Shown here in pieces: positions 10,636 through 19,196 of a DNA stretch of 32,000 bases. The stretch's first letter is position 1; every line of letters begins with the position of its first letter. The notes beneath the pieces were generated by a model. That model was not told the origin of the DNA. It did no database searches and saw nothing but the letters and a program-made list of their open reading frames with translations. A program made the translations under genes and the position numbers. Source of the DNA: Phyllobacterium brassicacearum (lineage in GTDB: Bacteria; Pseudomonadota; Alphaproteobacteria; Rhizobiales; Rhizobiaceae); the NCBI RefSeq assembly GCF_003010955.1, contig NZ_PGGO01000033.1, positions 1 through 32,000 of the forward strand. Reading direction: 5' to 3'.

Positions 10636-10799
10636 GGCCTGTCCTCTTCATCGGACACCACTGCGGCAGCCGCCTGTGCAAATTGCTCCTTGTTCGATGG
10701 CCAGTACGCGTAGACCAACACGCCGATCGACATGGCGATCAGGTAGAACAGGCCGAAAGACTTGGAGAAACCCGTGAGCATTTCATGATCGATTGTCAT
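10626..10799 (-). CDS. ccoQ: cbb3-type oxidase subunit Q, 57 aa (not in the ORF track)
   Basis: My own translation is MTIDHEMLTGFSKSFGLFYLIAMSIGVLVYAYWPSNKEQFAQAAAAVVSDEEDRPCQ*. It has one TM, starts 1 nt after the ccoO stop and overlaps the ccoP start by 10 nt. Confidence 0.75.
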   Translation of the reverse strand: MTIDHEMLTGFSKSFGLFYLIAMSIGVLVYAYWPSNKEQFAQAAAAVVSDEEDRPCQ

Positions 10800-10800
10800 G

Positions 10801-11532
10801 TCACTCCACCTCGTTCTGTGTTGATTGATGGGCGGCGTCGGTCAGGTGGCCGAGGATTTGCAGATAAGCAACGAGCGCATCCATCTCAGTGACCGCGCCT
10901 TGATTGCCGTCAAACAGGCTGACATCGGTCTTGTCGCCATATCGGGTGGTCACGCCCGCAGCCAGATCAGTATCGGGATTTGCCTGACCGATGGCGTCGC
11001 TTGATGCGTTCGAAACCATCTCATCGGTATAGGGCACACCCACCGCTCGTAGCGCCGCCAAGTGTTCGCCGAGATCGCCAGTCTTGAGCTGTTTGCTCGA
11101 CAACCAGCGATAGGCGGGCATGTTGGATTCGGCAACAACATCTCGCGGGTTGGTGAGGTGCGCGACATGCCAGTCATTCGAGTACTTTCCGCCGACCCGG
11201 GCAAGATCGGGTCCGGTCCTCTTGGAGCCCCAGAGCATCGGGTGGTCGTATTTCGACTCCACTGCCAGGGAATAGGGGCCGTACCGTTCCACCTCGTCCC
11301 GCAACGTGCGGATCATCTGGGAATGGCAGGCATAGCAGCCCTCTCGCATGTAGATGTTGCGTCCTGCGACCTCGAGCGGCGTGTAGACCCGCATGTCCGG
11401 CGCTTTTTCCACGGTCTCGTCGATCGTGAACAACGGAGCGATCTCGATTAGGCCGCCGATACTTGCTACACCGATGATTGCGAGGACAAAGCCGATCGCA
11501 CTTCGCTCAAGTCGGTAGTGTAAGTTGAACAT
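10801..11532 (-). CDS. ccoO: cbb3-type oxidase subunit O (monohaem c), 243 aa
   Basis: N-terminal TM, a CYACH haem site and a conserved GPDLARVGGKYS motif. Confidence 0.93.
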   Translation of the reverse strand: MFNLHYRLERSAIGFVLAIIGVASIGGLIEIAPLFTIDETVEKAPDMRVYTPLEVAGRNIYMREGCYACHSQMIRTLRDEVERYGPYSLAVESKYDHPMLWGSKRTGPDLARVGGKYSNDWHVAHLTNPRDVVAESNMPAYRWLSSKQLKTGDLGEHLAALRAVGVPYTDEMVSNASSDAIGQANPDTDLAAGVTTRYGDKTDVSLFDGNQGAVTEMDALVAYLQILGHLTDAAHQSTQNEVE

Positions 11533-11535
11533 TGT

Positions 11536-13194
11536 CTATTCTCCGGCTTGTGCGGTTAGTGTGGCCGGCTGCAAGGCCATCGGGATGTCCGAGGCGGATT
11601 CGGCCGCGACCGGCACCGGGATTCGGATGGTCATCCAGATGTTGTAGAGGGCAAGGACAGCGCCAGCCAGGAACAGTAGGCCACCGAACGCACGGGCGAT
11701 GTAATAGGGATGCATGGCGACAAGCGAATCAACGAAGGAATAGTTCAAGGTCCCGCTATCGTTGTATGTCCGCCACATCAGCCCCTGGATAACCCCTGAG
11801 TTCCACATGGCGAAGACGTAGACGACCGTTCCAGAGAGGGCGAGCCAGAAGTGCCACTCAACCAGTTTGGGGGAGTAAAGGGCCGGACGTTTCCACAGCC
11901 ACGGTGTCAGCGCGTAGAGCGAACCGTAGGTAATCATGGCAACCCAGCCAAGCGCGCCGGCATGGACATGGCCGACGGTCCAGTCGGTATAATGCGACAG
12001 CGAGTTGACGGCGCGGATCGCCATGAAGGATCCTTCAAAGGTGGAGAGTCCATAAAAGATTGCTGCCAGCATCATGAAACGCAGGACCGCATCATCGCGG
12101 ACCTTGTGCCAGGCCCCGTTGAGCGTCAGCAGAGCATTTCCGGCAGATGCCCAGGACGGAACCAGCAACACCACCGAGAACGCCATGCCGAGCGTCTGAA
12201 CCCAGTGAGGAAGCGCCGTATAGTGAAGGTGATGCGAGCCTGCCCACATGTACATGAAGGTGATGCCCCAGAAACTGATGATCGACGTTCTGTAGGAATA
12301 GATCGGACGACCCGCGCGTTTCGGCAGGTAATAATACATCATGCCGAGGAAGCCGGCGGTCAGGAAGAAGGCCACCGCATTGTGGCCGTACCACCATTGC
12401 GTCATCGCATCCTGAACGCCCGAGAACAGCGAATAGCTCTTGGCGTGTCCGAGTGAAACGGGGACAGCAAGGTTGTTGACGATGTGCAGGAGAGCGACAA
12501 CCAGGATGAAGGCCATGTAGTACCAGTTGGCGACATAAATGTGCGGTTCCTTGCGACGCATCAGCGTACGGATATAGATCGAAAAATAGACGACCCAGAC
12601 GATGACCAACCAGATATCGGCATACCATTCAGGTTCGGCATATTCCTTGGATTGGCTAACACCCATGAGGTAGCCGCTGGCCGCCAGGACACAGAACAGA
12701 TTGTAGCCGAAAAGGACAAACCACGGACTGAATTGATCCGGCAGGCGAGCACGAGTCGTTCGTTGCAGGACATGCAGCGACGTGGCGATCAGGGCGTTAC
12801 CGCCGAATCCGAAGATGACGCCGCTGGTATGCACAGGACGAAGTCGACCGAAGCTTGCCCATTCTGCGTCAACCGTCAGCTCCGGCCAGGCGAGGAGGGC
12901 GGCGACCCAAACGCCAACGAGCATGCCGACAACGCCCCATATTAAAGTCAGGACAATGCCGACCTTGCTGGGATCGTCATAATATTCGGACAATCGGGCG
13001 GGAGAGGGCTCCGGTGCACCATAGGCACGCAGAAGCGCTATGACACCAGCCACGGCGCTCAGTGCAATGATCCAGCCATGCGTGCCGATGAGATCGCCGC
13101 GACCGGCAGCGGCCATCGCCACTCCGAAGCAAATCAAGATGAGGAAGGTGAAGGCCGCAACGATGCGCTCGGTGCCGGTCAATTGTGAAATCAT
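11536..13194 (-). CDS. ccoN: cbb3-type oxidase catalytic subunit N, 552 aa (alternative GTG start at 13254)
   Basis: Haem-copper oxidase motifs WWYGHNAV, GSHHLHY and HVHAGALGW. ATG at 13194. A GTG at 13254 overlaps the stop of the upstream small ORF (GTGA), so the start is uncertain. Confidence 0.93.
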   Translation of the reverse strand: MISQLTGTERIVAAFTFLILICFGVAMAAAGRGDLIGTHGWIIALSAVAGVIALLRAYGAPEPSPARLSEYYDDPSKVGIVLTLIWGVVGMLVGVWVAALLAWPELTVDAEWASFGRLRPVHTSGVIFGFGGNALIATSLHVLQRTTRARLPDQFSPWFVLFGYNLFCVLAASGYLMGVSQSKEYAEPEWYADIWLVIVWVVYFSIYIRTLMRRKEPHIYVANWYYMAFILVVALLHIVNNLAVPVSLGHAKSYSLFSGVQDAMTQWWYGHNAVAFFLTAGFLGMMYYYLPKRAGRPIYSYRTSIISFWGITFMYMWAGSHHLHYTALPHWVQTLGMAFSVVLLVPSWASAGNALLTLNGAWHKVRDDAVLRFMMLAAIFYGLSTFEGSFMAIRAVNSLSHYTDWTVGHVHAGALGWVAMITYGSLYALTPWLWKRPALYSPKLVEWHFWLALSGTVVYVFAMWNSGVIQGLMWRTYNDSGTLNYSFVDSLVAMHPYYIARAFGGLLFLAGAVLALYNIWMTIRIPVPVAAESASDIPMALQPATLTAQAGE

Positions 13195-13250
13195 TTTGGT
13201 TGCCCCCGCCTTAATGAATTGCCAGTGCCTCTGACCATGAACATTTCGAC

Positions 13251-13406
13251 TCACTGATTGAGAAAAAGCACGGCCGCGATTGCGACCGAAAAGACCACGG
13301 CCGTCATCGCGCCGGCACGCTGCAAAACGTCCATGCGGTTGAGAACGACCGCAAAGACGATGATTATTGGCGTGGCGACGATCAGTCCGATCTGTGCGTC
13401 GGTCAT
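13251..13406 (-). CDS. 51-aa predicted two-TM small membrane protein preceding ccoN (unknown family)
   Basis: ATG at 13406 with ACGGAG 7 nt upstream. The sequence is MTDAQIGLIVATPIIIVFAVVLNRMDVLQRAGAMTAVVFSVAIAAVLFLNQ. It lies between the FNR box and ccoN. The longer track ORF begins inside the box. Confidence 0.45.
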   Translation of the reverse strand: MTDAQIGLIVATPIIIVFAVVLNRMDVLQRAGAMTAVVFSVAIAAVLFLNQ

Positions 13407-13455
13407 GTGCGAACTCCGTTTTGACGTCACCCTAGCGTGCCGAACGCACGTTTCT

Positions 13456-13469
13456 TTGATCCAGGTCAA
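13456..13469. promoter_or_regulatory. FNR/FixK-type box TTGAT-CCAG-GTCAA shared by the divergent cco operon and norE
   Basis: Matches 9/10 of TTGAT-N4-ATCAA. The centre is 56 nt from the small-ORF ATG (13406) and 79 nt from the norE ATG (13542). Confidence 0.7.
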
Positions 13470-13541
13470 AGAAGACCCGTCGCGTGCCTTCTATTTTTTT
13501 GCTCGACGTACCTCAGGAGATTCAGACCGTTGCACAGGGAA

Positions 13542-14081
13542 ATGGAAGCGCTCGAAACAGCGGCGGCCGACACCGACGACTTCCTCGTCTGGGTTCTTGT
13601 CTTGAGCGAGCTGGCGGCGTTCGGAATCCTTATCGCGGCGTTCTTGTTGGCAGCGGTCAGGGATCCGGAAAGTTTTGCACTGGCGAGGCTCCATCTTTCA
13701 CCGGGACTGGCCACCGCAAACACTCTGTTGCTGCTGACGAGCGGCTGGCAGGCAGCCATGGCGGCGCGAAGGCACGCCACGGTACGTCAGCAGCGAAGGG
13801 CGTTGGTGTTCGCTGCGTTGCTCGGATTCGTTTTCACGATAATCAAACTCGTCGAATTTAATTCGGAAATGCGATTTGCCGCGTCCGCGTCCTTCAATGC
13901 TTTTTTCGAACTTTACTTCATCATTACAGGATTCCATGTGATCCATGTAGTTTTCGGCGCGATGGTGCTGCTCCTCGTCGCCTGGAGACCCGGCAACTCC
14001 AATATCGCCCTCATCACCGCATTGTGGCACATGATCGATTTGATCTGGATCGTCATGTTCCCAATCATTTATCTGGTGTGA
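13542..14081 (+). CDS. norE: NorE, cytochrome c oxidase subunit III-like accessory protein, 179 aa
   Basis: Five TM segments and a subunit III-like C-terminus (FHVIHVVFG...LWHMIDLIWIVMFPIIYL). It sits immediately upstream of the nor genes. ATG at 13542 with AGGGA upstream. Confidence 0.85.
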   Translation: MEALETAAADTDDFLVWVLVLSELAAFGILIAAFLLAAVRDPESFALARLHLSPGLATANTLLLLTSGWQAAMAARRHATVRQQRRALVFAALLGFVFTIIKLVEFNSEMRFAASASFNAFFELYFIITGFHVIHVVFGAMVLLLVAWRPGNSNIALITALWHMIDLIWIVMFPIIYLV

Positions 14082-14085
14082 GCCG

Positions 14086-14376
14086 ATGGTGACAAACACA
14101 TCAGCACGCTTGGTGAAGGCCTGGTCGCTCCTTGTTGCTTTGGCGACCGCCAATGCGTTGCTGGTCGGCCTTGCGCCAGGCTTCGTGCCTCCATTCTATC
14201 TATCATCTATCGTAATTGTGCTCTCCCTCCTCAAGGCCCGTATCGTAATACTGGATTTTCTTGGTCTACGTGCAGGTCCGGCATTGCTTCGGTGGACCTT
14301 ACTGGCCTGGCCGATGCTCTTGGCCGCCGCTACGATCGCAAAGATTGCCTTTCTGCATGTACACGCGGGCGGATAG
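14086..14376 (+). CDS. NorF-like small membrane protein (oxidase subunit IV-like), 96 aa
   Basis: Three hydrophobic segments. It starts 4 nt after the norE stop, and its position matches norEF pairs described in Paracoccus and Rhodobacter. Confidence 0.6.
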   Translation: MVTNTSARLVKAWSLLVALATANALLVGLAPGFVPPFYLSSIVIVLSLLKARIVILDFLGLRAGPALLRWTLLAWPMLLAAATIAKIAFLHVHAGG

Positions 14377-14393
14377 CCACGAATTCTTTTTGT

Positions 14394-14407
14394 TTGTCAA
14401 AACGCAA
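14394..14407. promoter_or_regulatory. NnrR/FNR-type box TTGTC-AAAA-CGCAA upstream of norC
   Basis: TTG-N8-CAA with 8/10 half-site matches to TTGCG-N4-CGCAA (the first half-site TTGTC differs at two positions). It lies in the 164-nt norF-norC spacer, and its centre is about 140 nt from the norC ATG. Confidence 0.55.
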
Positions 14408-14540
14408 AGAGGTCAGGGCGCGAATCCACGAATATGAACCGCCCGCAGCATTCGGCTGACAATTTCCTGTTGGGGATTTGACGGGGCAGGGATTGGGCCC
14501 GCCGCACTTTGAGGCCATCCGAACTTGAAAGGATGACGTG

Positions 14541-14993
14541 ATGGCAGAACGCCTCACCAAAACAGGAGCCCGTAACGTGTTTTACGGCGGCTCCATTTTC
14601 TTTTTCACAATCTTCGTCGGCCTTACGGCCCACAGTCATTGGTATATGCGCACGACCTCGACCGACGAGAGCAAGCTCACCGAATCTGTCGCTCGGGGTA
14701 AGCATGTCTGGGAGAAAAACTCCTGCATCAATTGCCATACGCTGCATGGTGAAGGCGCGTACTTTGCCCCGGAACTGGGGAACGTGTGGAAGCGCTGGGG
14801 TGGTGACAGCGACCCCGAGGCCGCACGTGAAGCACTGAAGGCCTGGATGGCGGGCCAGCCTTCCGGCATCGAAGGCCGGCGGCAGATGCCACAGTTCAAT
14901 CTCAGCGATCAAGAACTCAAAGAGCTCGCCGATTTCCTTGAATGGGCCAGTCGCATCAACACGCAAAACTGGCCGCCGAACGACGCTGGCTGA
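14541..14993 (+). CDS. norC: Nitric oxide reductase subunit C (cytochrome c), 150 aa
   Basis: N-terminal TM anchor, a CINCH haem site and a conserved RRQMPQFNLS. ATG at 14541 with AAAGGA upstream. The track start at 14538 is a GTG one codon earlier. Confidence 0.93.
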   Translation: MAERLTKTGARNVFYGGSIFFFTIFVGLTAHSHWYMRTTSTDESKLTESVARGKHVWEKNSCINCHTLHGEGAYFAPELGNVWKRWGGDSDPEAAREALKAWMAGQPSGIEGRRQMPQFNLSDQELKELADFLEWASRINTQNWPPNDAG

Positions 14994-15016
14994 TCCCCGC
15001 AACTGGAGCAAACGAC

Positions 15017-16438
15017 ATGAAATATCAATCGCAGCGGGTCGCATTGCTGTACTTTTACGGCGCACTCGGCCTGTTCCTGGCACAGGTTCTCTTCGGAGTA
15101 TTGGCCGGCACGATCTATGTGCTCCCCAACACTCTTTCAGGGCTTCTGCCCTTCAATATTGTTCGCATGATCCACACCAACGCTCTCATAGTCTGGCTGT
15201 TGATGGGCTTCATGGGCGCGACCTACTATCTCTTGCCCGAGGAAACAGAGAACGAACTCTTCAGTCCGAAGATGGCCGTTGCGCAATTTTGGCTGTTCCT
15301 TGTCGCCGCCGCTGCGGCGGTCGTCGGCTATCTTTTCCACATCCATGAGGGGCGCGAGTTTCTGGAACAACCCTTCGCCATCAAGATCGGAATCGTCATT
15401 GTCTCCCTGATGTTCATGACGAACGTCACGATGACGATCCTGAAAGGCCGCAAGACTGTGGTCACCAACATCCTGATCTGTGGGCTTTGGGGCGTTCCGA
15501 TCTTCTTCCTCTTCGCCTTCTACAACCCTGCGAACCTGGCGCTCGACAAGATGTATTGGTGGTATGTCGTCCATCTTTGGGTCGAGGGTGTTTGGGAACT
15601 GATCATGGCGTCCGTCCTGGCGTTCCTGATGATCAAGCTCAATGGCATTGACCGCGAGGTCGTGGAGAAGTGGCTCTATGTCATTGTCGGCCTGGCGCTT
15701 TTCTCGGGCATTTTGGGCACTGGGCACCACTATTACTGGATCGGCGCACCCGGTTACTGGCAGTGGATCGGCTCGCTCTTCTCTACGCTCGAAGTAGCAC
15801 CGTTCTTCACCATGGTGGTCTTCACGATCGTCATGACGCGTAAAGCCGGACGCAAACACCCAAACCGTGCGGCACTATTTTGGTCCATTGGCTGCTCGGT
15901 AATGGCCTTTTTCGGGGCCGGCGTCTGGGGCTTCCTGCACACGCTGTCGGTCGTGAACTACTACACGCATGGCACCCAATTGACCGCGGCGCATGGCCAT
16001 CTCGCGTTCTTTGGCGCATACGTCATGCTCAATCTCGCAGTGATGGCATATGCCGTCCCGGAACTGCGCGGTCGCGCTCCTTACAACCAAAGCATGTCGA
16101 TCGCCAGCTTCTGGATCATGTGCACCGCCATGTCGGTGATGACCCTGGCTCTGACCTTCGCAGGTGCCGTGCAAGTGCATCTTCAGCGTTTCCTTGGTGA
16201 GAGCTTCATGGATGTCCAGGATCAACTGGCGGTGTTCTACTGGATACGGCTTGCTTCGGGAATCTTCGTGCTGATCTCAGCGCTGATGTTCGTCTGGGCT
16301 GTTCTGGTCCCTGGCCGCGAACGCAGCGGCAAACCCGGTCGTGCCACACAGCGTGAAATCGAGGAACCATCTGTCACAGTGGCTGCATTGATCCGTTCCC
16401 GGATGCCGTTCACACCATTTCATGGAGACAAGCTATGA
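15017..16438 (+). CDS. norB: Nitric oxide reductase subunit B, 473 aa
   Basis: Twelve-TM haem-copper family protein with HLWVEG, GTGHHYYWIG and AHGHLAFFGAY. ATG at 15017 with TGGAG upstream. The stop overlaps the norQ ATG (ATGA). Confidence 0.93.
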   Translation: MKYQSQRVALLYFYGALGLFLAQVLFGVLAGTIYVLPNTLSGLLPFNIVRMIHTNALIVWLLMGFMGATYYLLPEETENELFSPKMAVAQFWLFLVAAAAAVVGYLFHIHEGREFLEQPFAIKIGIVIVSLMFMTNVTMTILKGRKTVVTNILICGLWGVPIFFLFAFYNPANLALDKMYWWYVVHLWVEGVWELIMASVLAFLMIKLNGIDREVVEKWLYVIVGLALFSGILGTGHHYYWIGAPGYWQWIGSLFSTLEVAPFFTMVVFTIVMTRKAGRKHPNRAALFWSIGCSVMAFFGAGVWGFLHTLSVVNYYTHGTQLTAAHGHLAFFGAYVMLNLAVMAYAVPELRGRAPYNQSMSIASFWIMCTAMSVMTLALTFAGAVQVHLQRFLGESFMDVQDQLAVFYWIRLASGIFVLISALMFVWAVLVPGRERSGKPGRATQREIEEPSVTVAALIRSRMPFTPFHGDKL

Positions 16439-17259
16439 ATATCGCCCTGCAAATCACGCCGCGCGCAGTTCCCGAAATTCCGGCCTACAGTCCGGCCGGC
16501 AATGAGTGCGAACTGTTCGAAAGCGCATGGGAGCGGCGGTTGCCGCTGCTCCTCAAGGGACCAACGGGTTGCGGAAAAACACGCTTTGTCAGGCATATGG
16601 CGGCAAAACTTAATCTGAATCTTTCGACAATTTCCTGCCATGACGATTTGGCTGCCGCTGATCTCACGGGGCGCTATCTTCTCAAAGGTGGCGACACCGT
16701 ATGGGTGGATGGACCCCTGACGAGAGCCGTCCGCGAAGGTGGCATATGTTATCTTGACGAAATCGTCGAAGCCCGCAAGGACGTGACCGTCGTGTTGCAT
16801 TCTTTGACGGATGACAGGCGAATTCTGCCGCTTGAGCGTACAGGGGAGGTGCTCGAGGCACCACCAGGCTTCATGCTGGTCGCGTCCTACAATCCCGGCT
16901 ATCAGAACTTGATCAAAACGTTGAAACCGAGCACCAGGCAACGCTTCGTCGCGATCGAGTTCGATTTCCTGCCGAGAGATCAGGAGATCGCCGTGGTAGC
17001 CAGGGAAAGCGGTCTTTCCGAAGCCATGGTCGCTCCGCTCGTCCGTCTTGCGGAAAAGTTCAGGTCCCTGAAGGGGAATGATCTGGAGGAGGGGGCGTCG
17101 ACCAGGCTCCTCGTCTACTGCGCAACTCTGATCAACGGGGGCATGGACATTCGCCAAGCCGTTCTTGGGACGATGATCGAACCTCTGACGGACGATGCGG
17201 ATGTCAAGGCAGCGCTCATCGAGATATCCAGCGCGGTGGTTGGCGGCAGGCGTTCGTAA
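16435..17259 (+). CDS. norQ: NorQ, MoxR-type AAA+ ATPase for Nor maturation, 274 aa
   Basis: Walker A LLKGPTGCGKT and Walker B ICYLDEIV. It lies between norB and norD. Confidence 0.92.
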   Translation: MNIALQITPRAVPEIPAYSPAGNECELFESAWERRLPLLLKGPTGCGKTRFVRHMAAKLNLNLSTISCHDDLAAADLTGRYLLKGGDTVWVDGPLTRAVREGGICYLDEIVEARKDVTVVLHSLTDDRRILPLERTGEVLEAPPGFMLVASYNPGYQNLIKTLKPSTRQRFVAIEFDFLPRDQEIAVVARESGLSEAMVAPLVRLAEKFRSLKGNDLEEGASTRLLVYCATLINGGMDIRQAVLGTMIEPLTDDADVKAALIEISSAVVGGRRS

Positions 17260-19142
17260 TGCTCGACCTTCTGGAACTCGAGGAGACTGTTGGGCGGTTC
17301 TGGCACCGCATGGTGGGCAACACGCGAACCTCGCCGCGCTACCCGGATCAGGCGGTCAGGTTGACAGACATCAAGCCTGTTCTCGGTGTTTGTTTTCGCG
17401 GTTTTGGCGGCGAACGGGCCGTGCAGCTCAGCCCTGCGCGCGGTCGTACGTCCACCCATCGTTTAAAATTCCGCCAGCGGCTCGGTCTGGGCGAGGAAAA
17501 ACTTGTCCAGCCGGGCCGCAACCGCACGTCTTTGATGCTGCCTCCGGAAATTGACATTTTTCCCAAGCGCGAGCTCAATCTGGACCTCTATTTCTGGGTC
17601 GTGGCATACATGGCAGCCATGTCGCTTGAGCCGATCGGTGAGTCCGATCCCTTGCGTCGGGATCTCAACTCCCTGTCTCGAGCTCAGGTGGCGGTAACGG
17701 CGACACTGTCTGCATTTCCGGGGATGCAATATCGTTACCGACGCTTGTGTGCGGCAACGTTGGCCGAACGGCAAACGCGATCGCTTCCGTATGTGGAGCA
17801 AGAAGTTGAAAATCTGATTCTGCTTCTTCTTAGCGGTGGAAGGCGCGACAATCTCGCAGCGCTATTTACGCGAGGCGCACCAGCAGGGTACCTACCAATG
17901 TTGCCTGTGGCGCTTTGGCCAGATGCTCTGCGGCGCGACGAAGTCGACGGCCGTCAGGACGACGACCAGCCGGGACAAGGCAGCAAATCCCCGGAGATCG
18001 ATCCCACTCCCCATGTTGCGGAGAGGGAGAAGAAAGACAAAACTGAGCGCAGTCCGTTCATTCTCAACCGTTTCGAAAAAATCCTGTCCATGGCAGAGAT
18101 GGTCAACGTCGACAGGCCGGGAGACGACAGCAGCGACAACGATGCCAAGGCGGCCGACGAACTTGATGACATGACCCTCGGCGAACGAAAGGGAAGACCG
18201 TCGTCGCGCTTCCGCTTTGATCTTGATCTGCCACCCGAAGCGCTGGACATATCGCCGCTAACATCGGAGATAACCTATCCCGAATGGGACTATCGCAGCG
18301 CTGCCTATCTGCCCGATTATTGCCGCGTCCTCGCATCCCCAGCATCCGCTCTCGGCGAGCGTCCGGAACTCGATCCAACGACCGCCAGTCTCGTCCGTCG
18401 CGTCAGGCGGCAGTTCGAAGCGCTGAGGCCACGTCACGAAATTTTGCGAGCGCAGATCGACGGTGCCGAACTTGATCTTGATGCCGTGGTGCGTTCACGA
18501 ACGGATCTCGCTTCCGGGGGGCAGGGCAGCGACCGCGTCCACCTTAACAGTCGCCCGCAAGCTCATGATTTGGCGGTGACAATTCTGGTCGACGTTTCAC
18601 TGTCGACAGATGCCTGGTTCGCCAACCATCGCGTTCTGGACGTCGAAAAGGAAGCATTGCTGGTATTGTCACACGGACTGCAGGCTTGTGGCGACGACCA
18701 TTCCATCTTGACGTTCACCTCGAGGCGGCGATCCTGGGTCAGGATCGAAACCGTTAAGGCGTTTAACGAGCGGATGGACCATCTGGTTGAAAGCCGCATA
18801 GCGGCGCTGAGGCCGGGATATTATACCCGCATCGGCGCGGCGCTTCGGCACGCATCCGCCGAACTCCGCCAGCAACCTAACCGCAGGAAGCTGTTGCTTG
18901 TTTTGACCGACGGCAAACCCAACGACGTTGACCACTACGAAGGGCGTTTTGCTCTCGAGGACAGCCGCCGCGCCGTGATGGAAGCAAGGCGGTCGGGCCT
19001 TAGCGTCTTCGGCGTTACTGTCGATCGTGATGCCAAATCCTACGTGCCCGCGATTTTCGGAAGGAACGGTTTTGCTGTCGTCGGCAATATTGCCAAGCTA
19101 CCGTCTGCCCTTCCTGTCATTTACCGTGGTCTTGTCGGTTGA
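17259..19142 (+). CDS. norD: NorD, von Willebrand factor A domain protein, 627 aa
   Basis: The ATG overlaps the norQ TAA (TAATG). The C-terminal vWA domain has a MIDAS-like VDVSLSTD, and LVLTDGKPND is present. Confidence 0.9.
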   Translation: MLDLLELEETVGRFWHRMVGNTRTSPRYPDQAVRLTDIKPVLGVCFRGFGGERAVQLSPARGRTSTHRLKFRQRLGLGEEKLVQPGRNRTSLMLPPEIDIFPKRELNLDLYFWVVAYMAAMSLEPIGESDPLRRDLNSLSRAQVAVTATLSAFPGMQYRYRRLCAATLAERQTRSLPYVEQEVENLILLLLSGGRRDNLAALFTRGAPAGYLPMLPVALWPDALRRDEVDGRQDDDQPGQGSKSPEIDPTPHVAEREKKDKTERSPFILNRFEKILSMAEMVNVDRPGDDSSDNDAKAADELDDMTLGERKGRPSSRFRFDLDLPPEALDISPLTSEITYPEWDYRSAAYLPDYCRVLASPASALGERPELDPTTASLVRRVRRQFEALRPRHEILRAQIDGAELDLDAVVRSRTDLASGGQGSDRVHLNSRPQAHDLAVTILVDVSLSTDAWFANHRVLDVEKEALLVLSHGLQACGDDHSILTFTSRRRSWVRIETVKAFNERMDHLVESRIAALRPGYYTRIGAALRHASAELRQQPNRRKLLLVLTDGKPNDVDHYEGRFALEDSRRAVMEARRSGLSVFGVTVDRDAKSYVPAIFGRNGFAVVGNIAKLPSALPVIYRGLVG

Positions 19143-19158
19143 GATGGGACTGCGAAGA

Positions 19159-19187
19159 AAGCGGCCCGGCTCCAGTGCCGGCCGCTT
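19159..19187. terminator. GC-rich hairpin between convergent norD and hemN (possible bidirectional terminator)
   Basis: AAGCGGCCCGGC - TCCAGT - GCCGGCCGCTT forms an 11-bp stem with one bulged C. It sits in the 54-nt gap between the two stop codons. No strong U-tract is present. Confidence 0.5.
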
Positions 19188-19196
19188 GACTGATGA

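Noticed and set aside
15017-16438. NorB is about 20-25 aa longer at the C-terminus than I expected, which raised the possibility of a fusion or a frameshift.
   Set aside because: The extension stays in frame and ends in the usual ATGA overlap with norQ. C-terminal length varies among NorB proteins, so there is no evidence of an anomaly.
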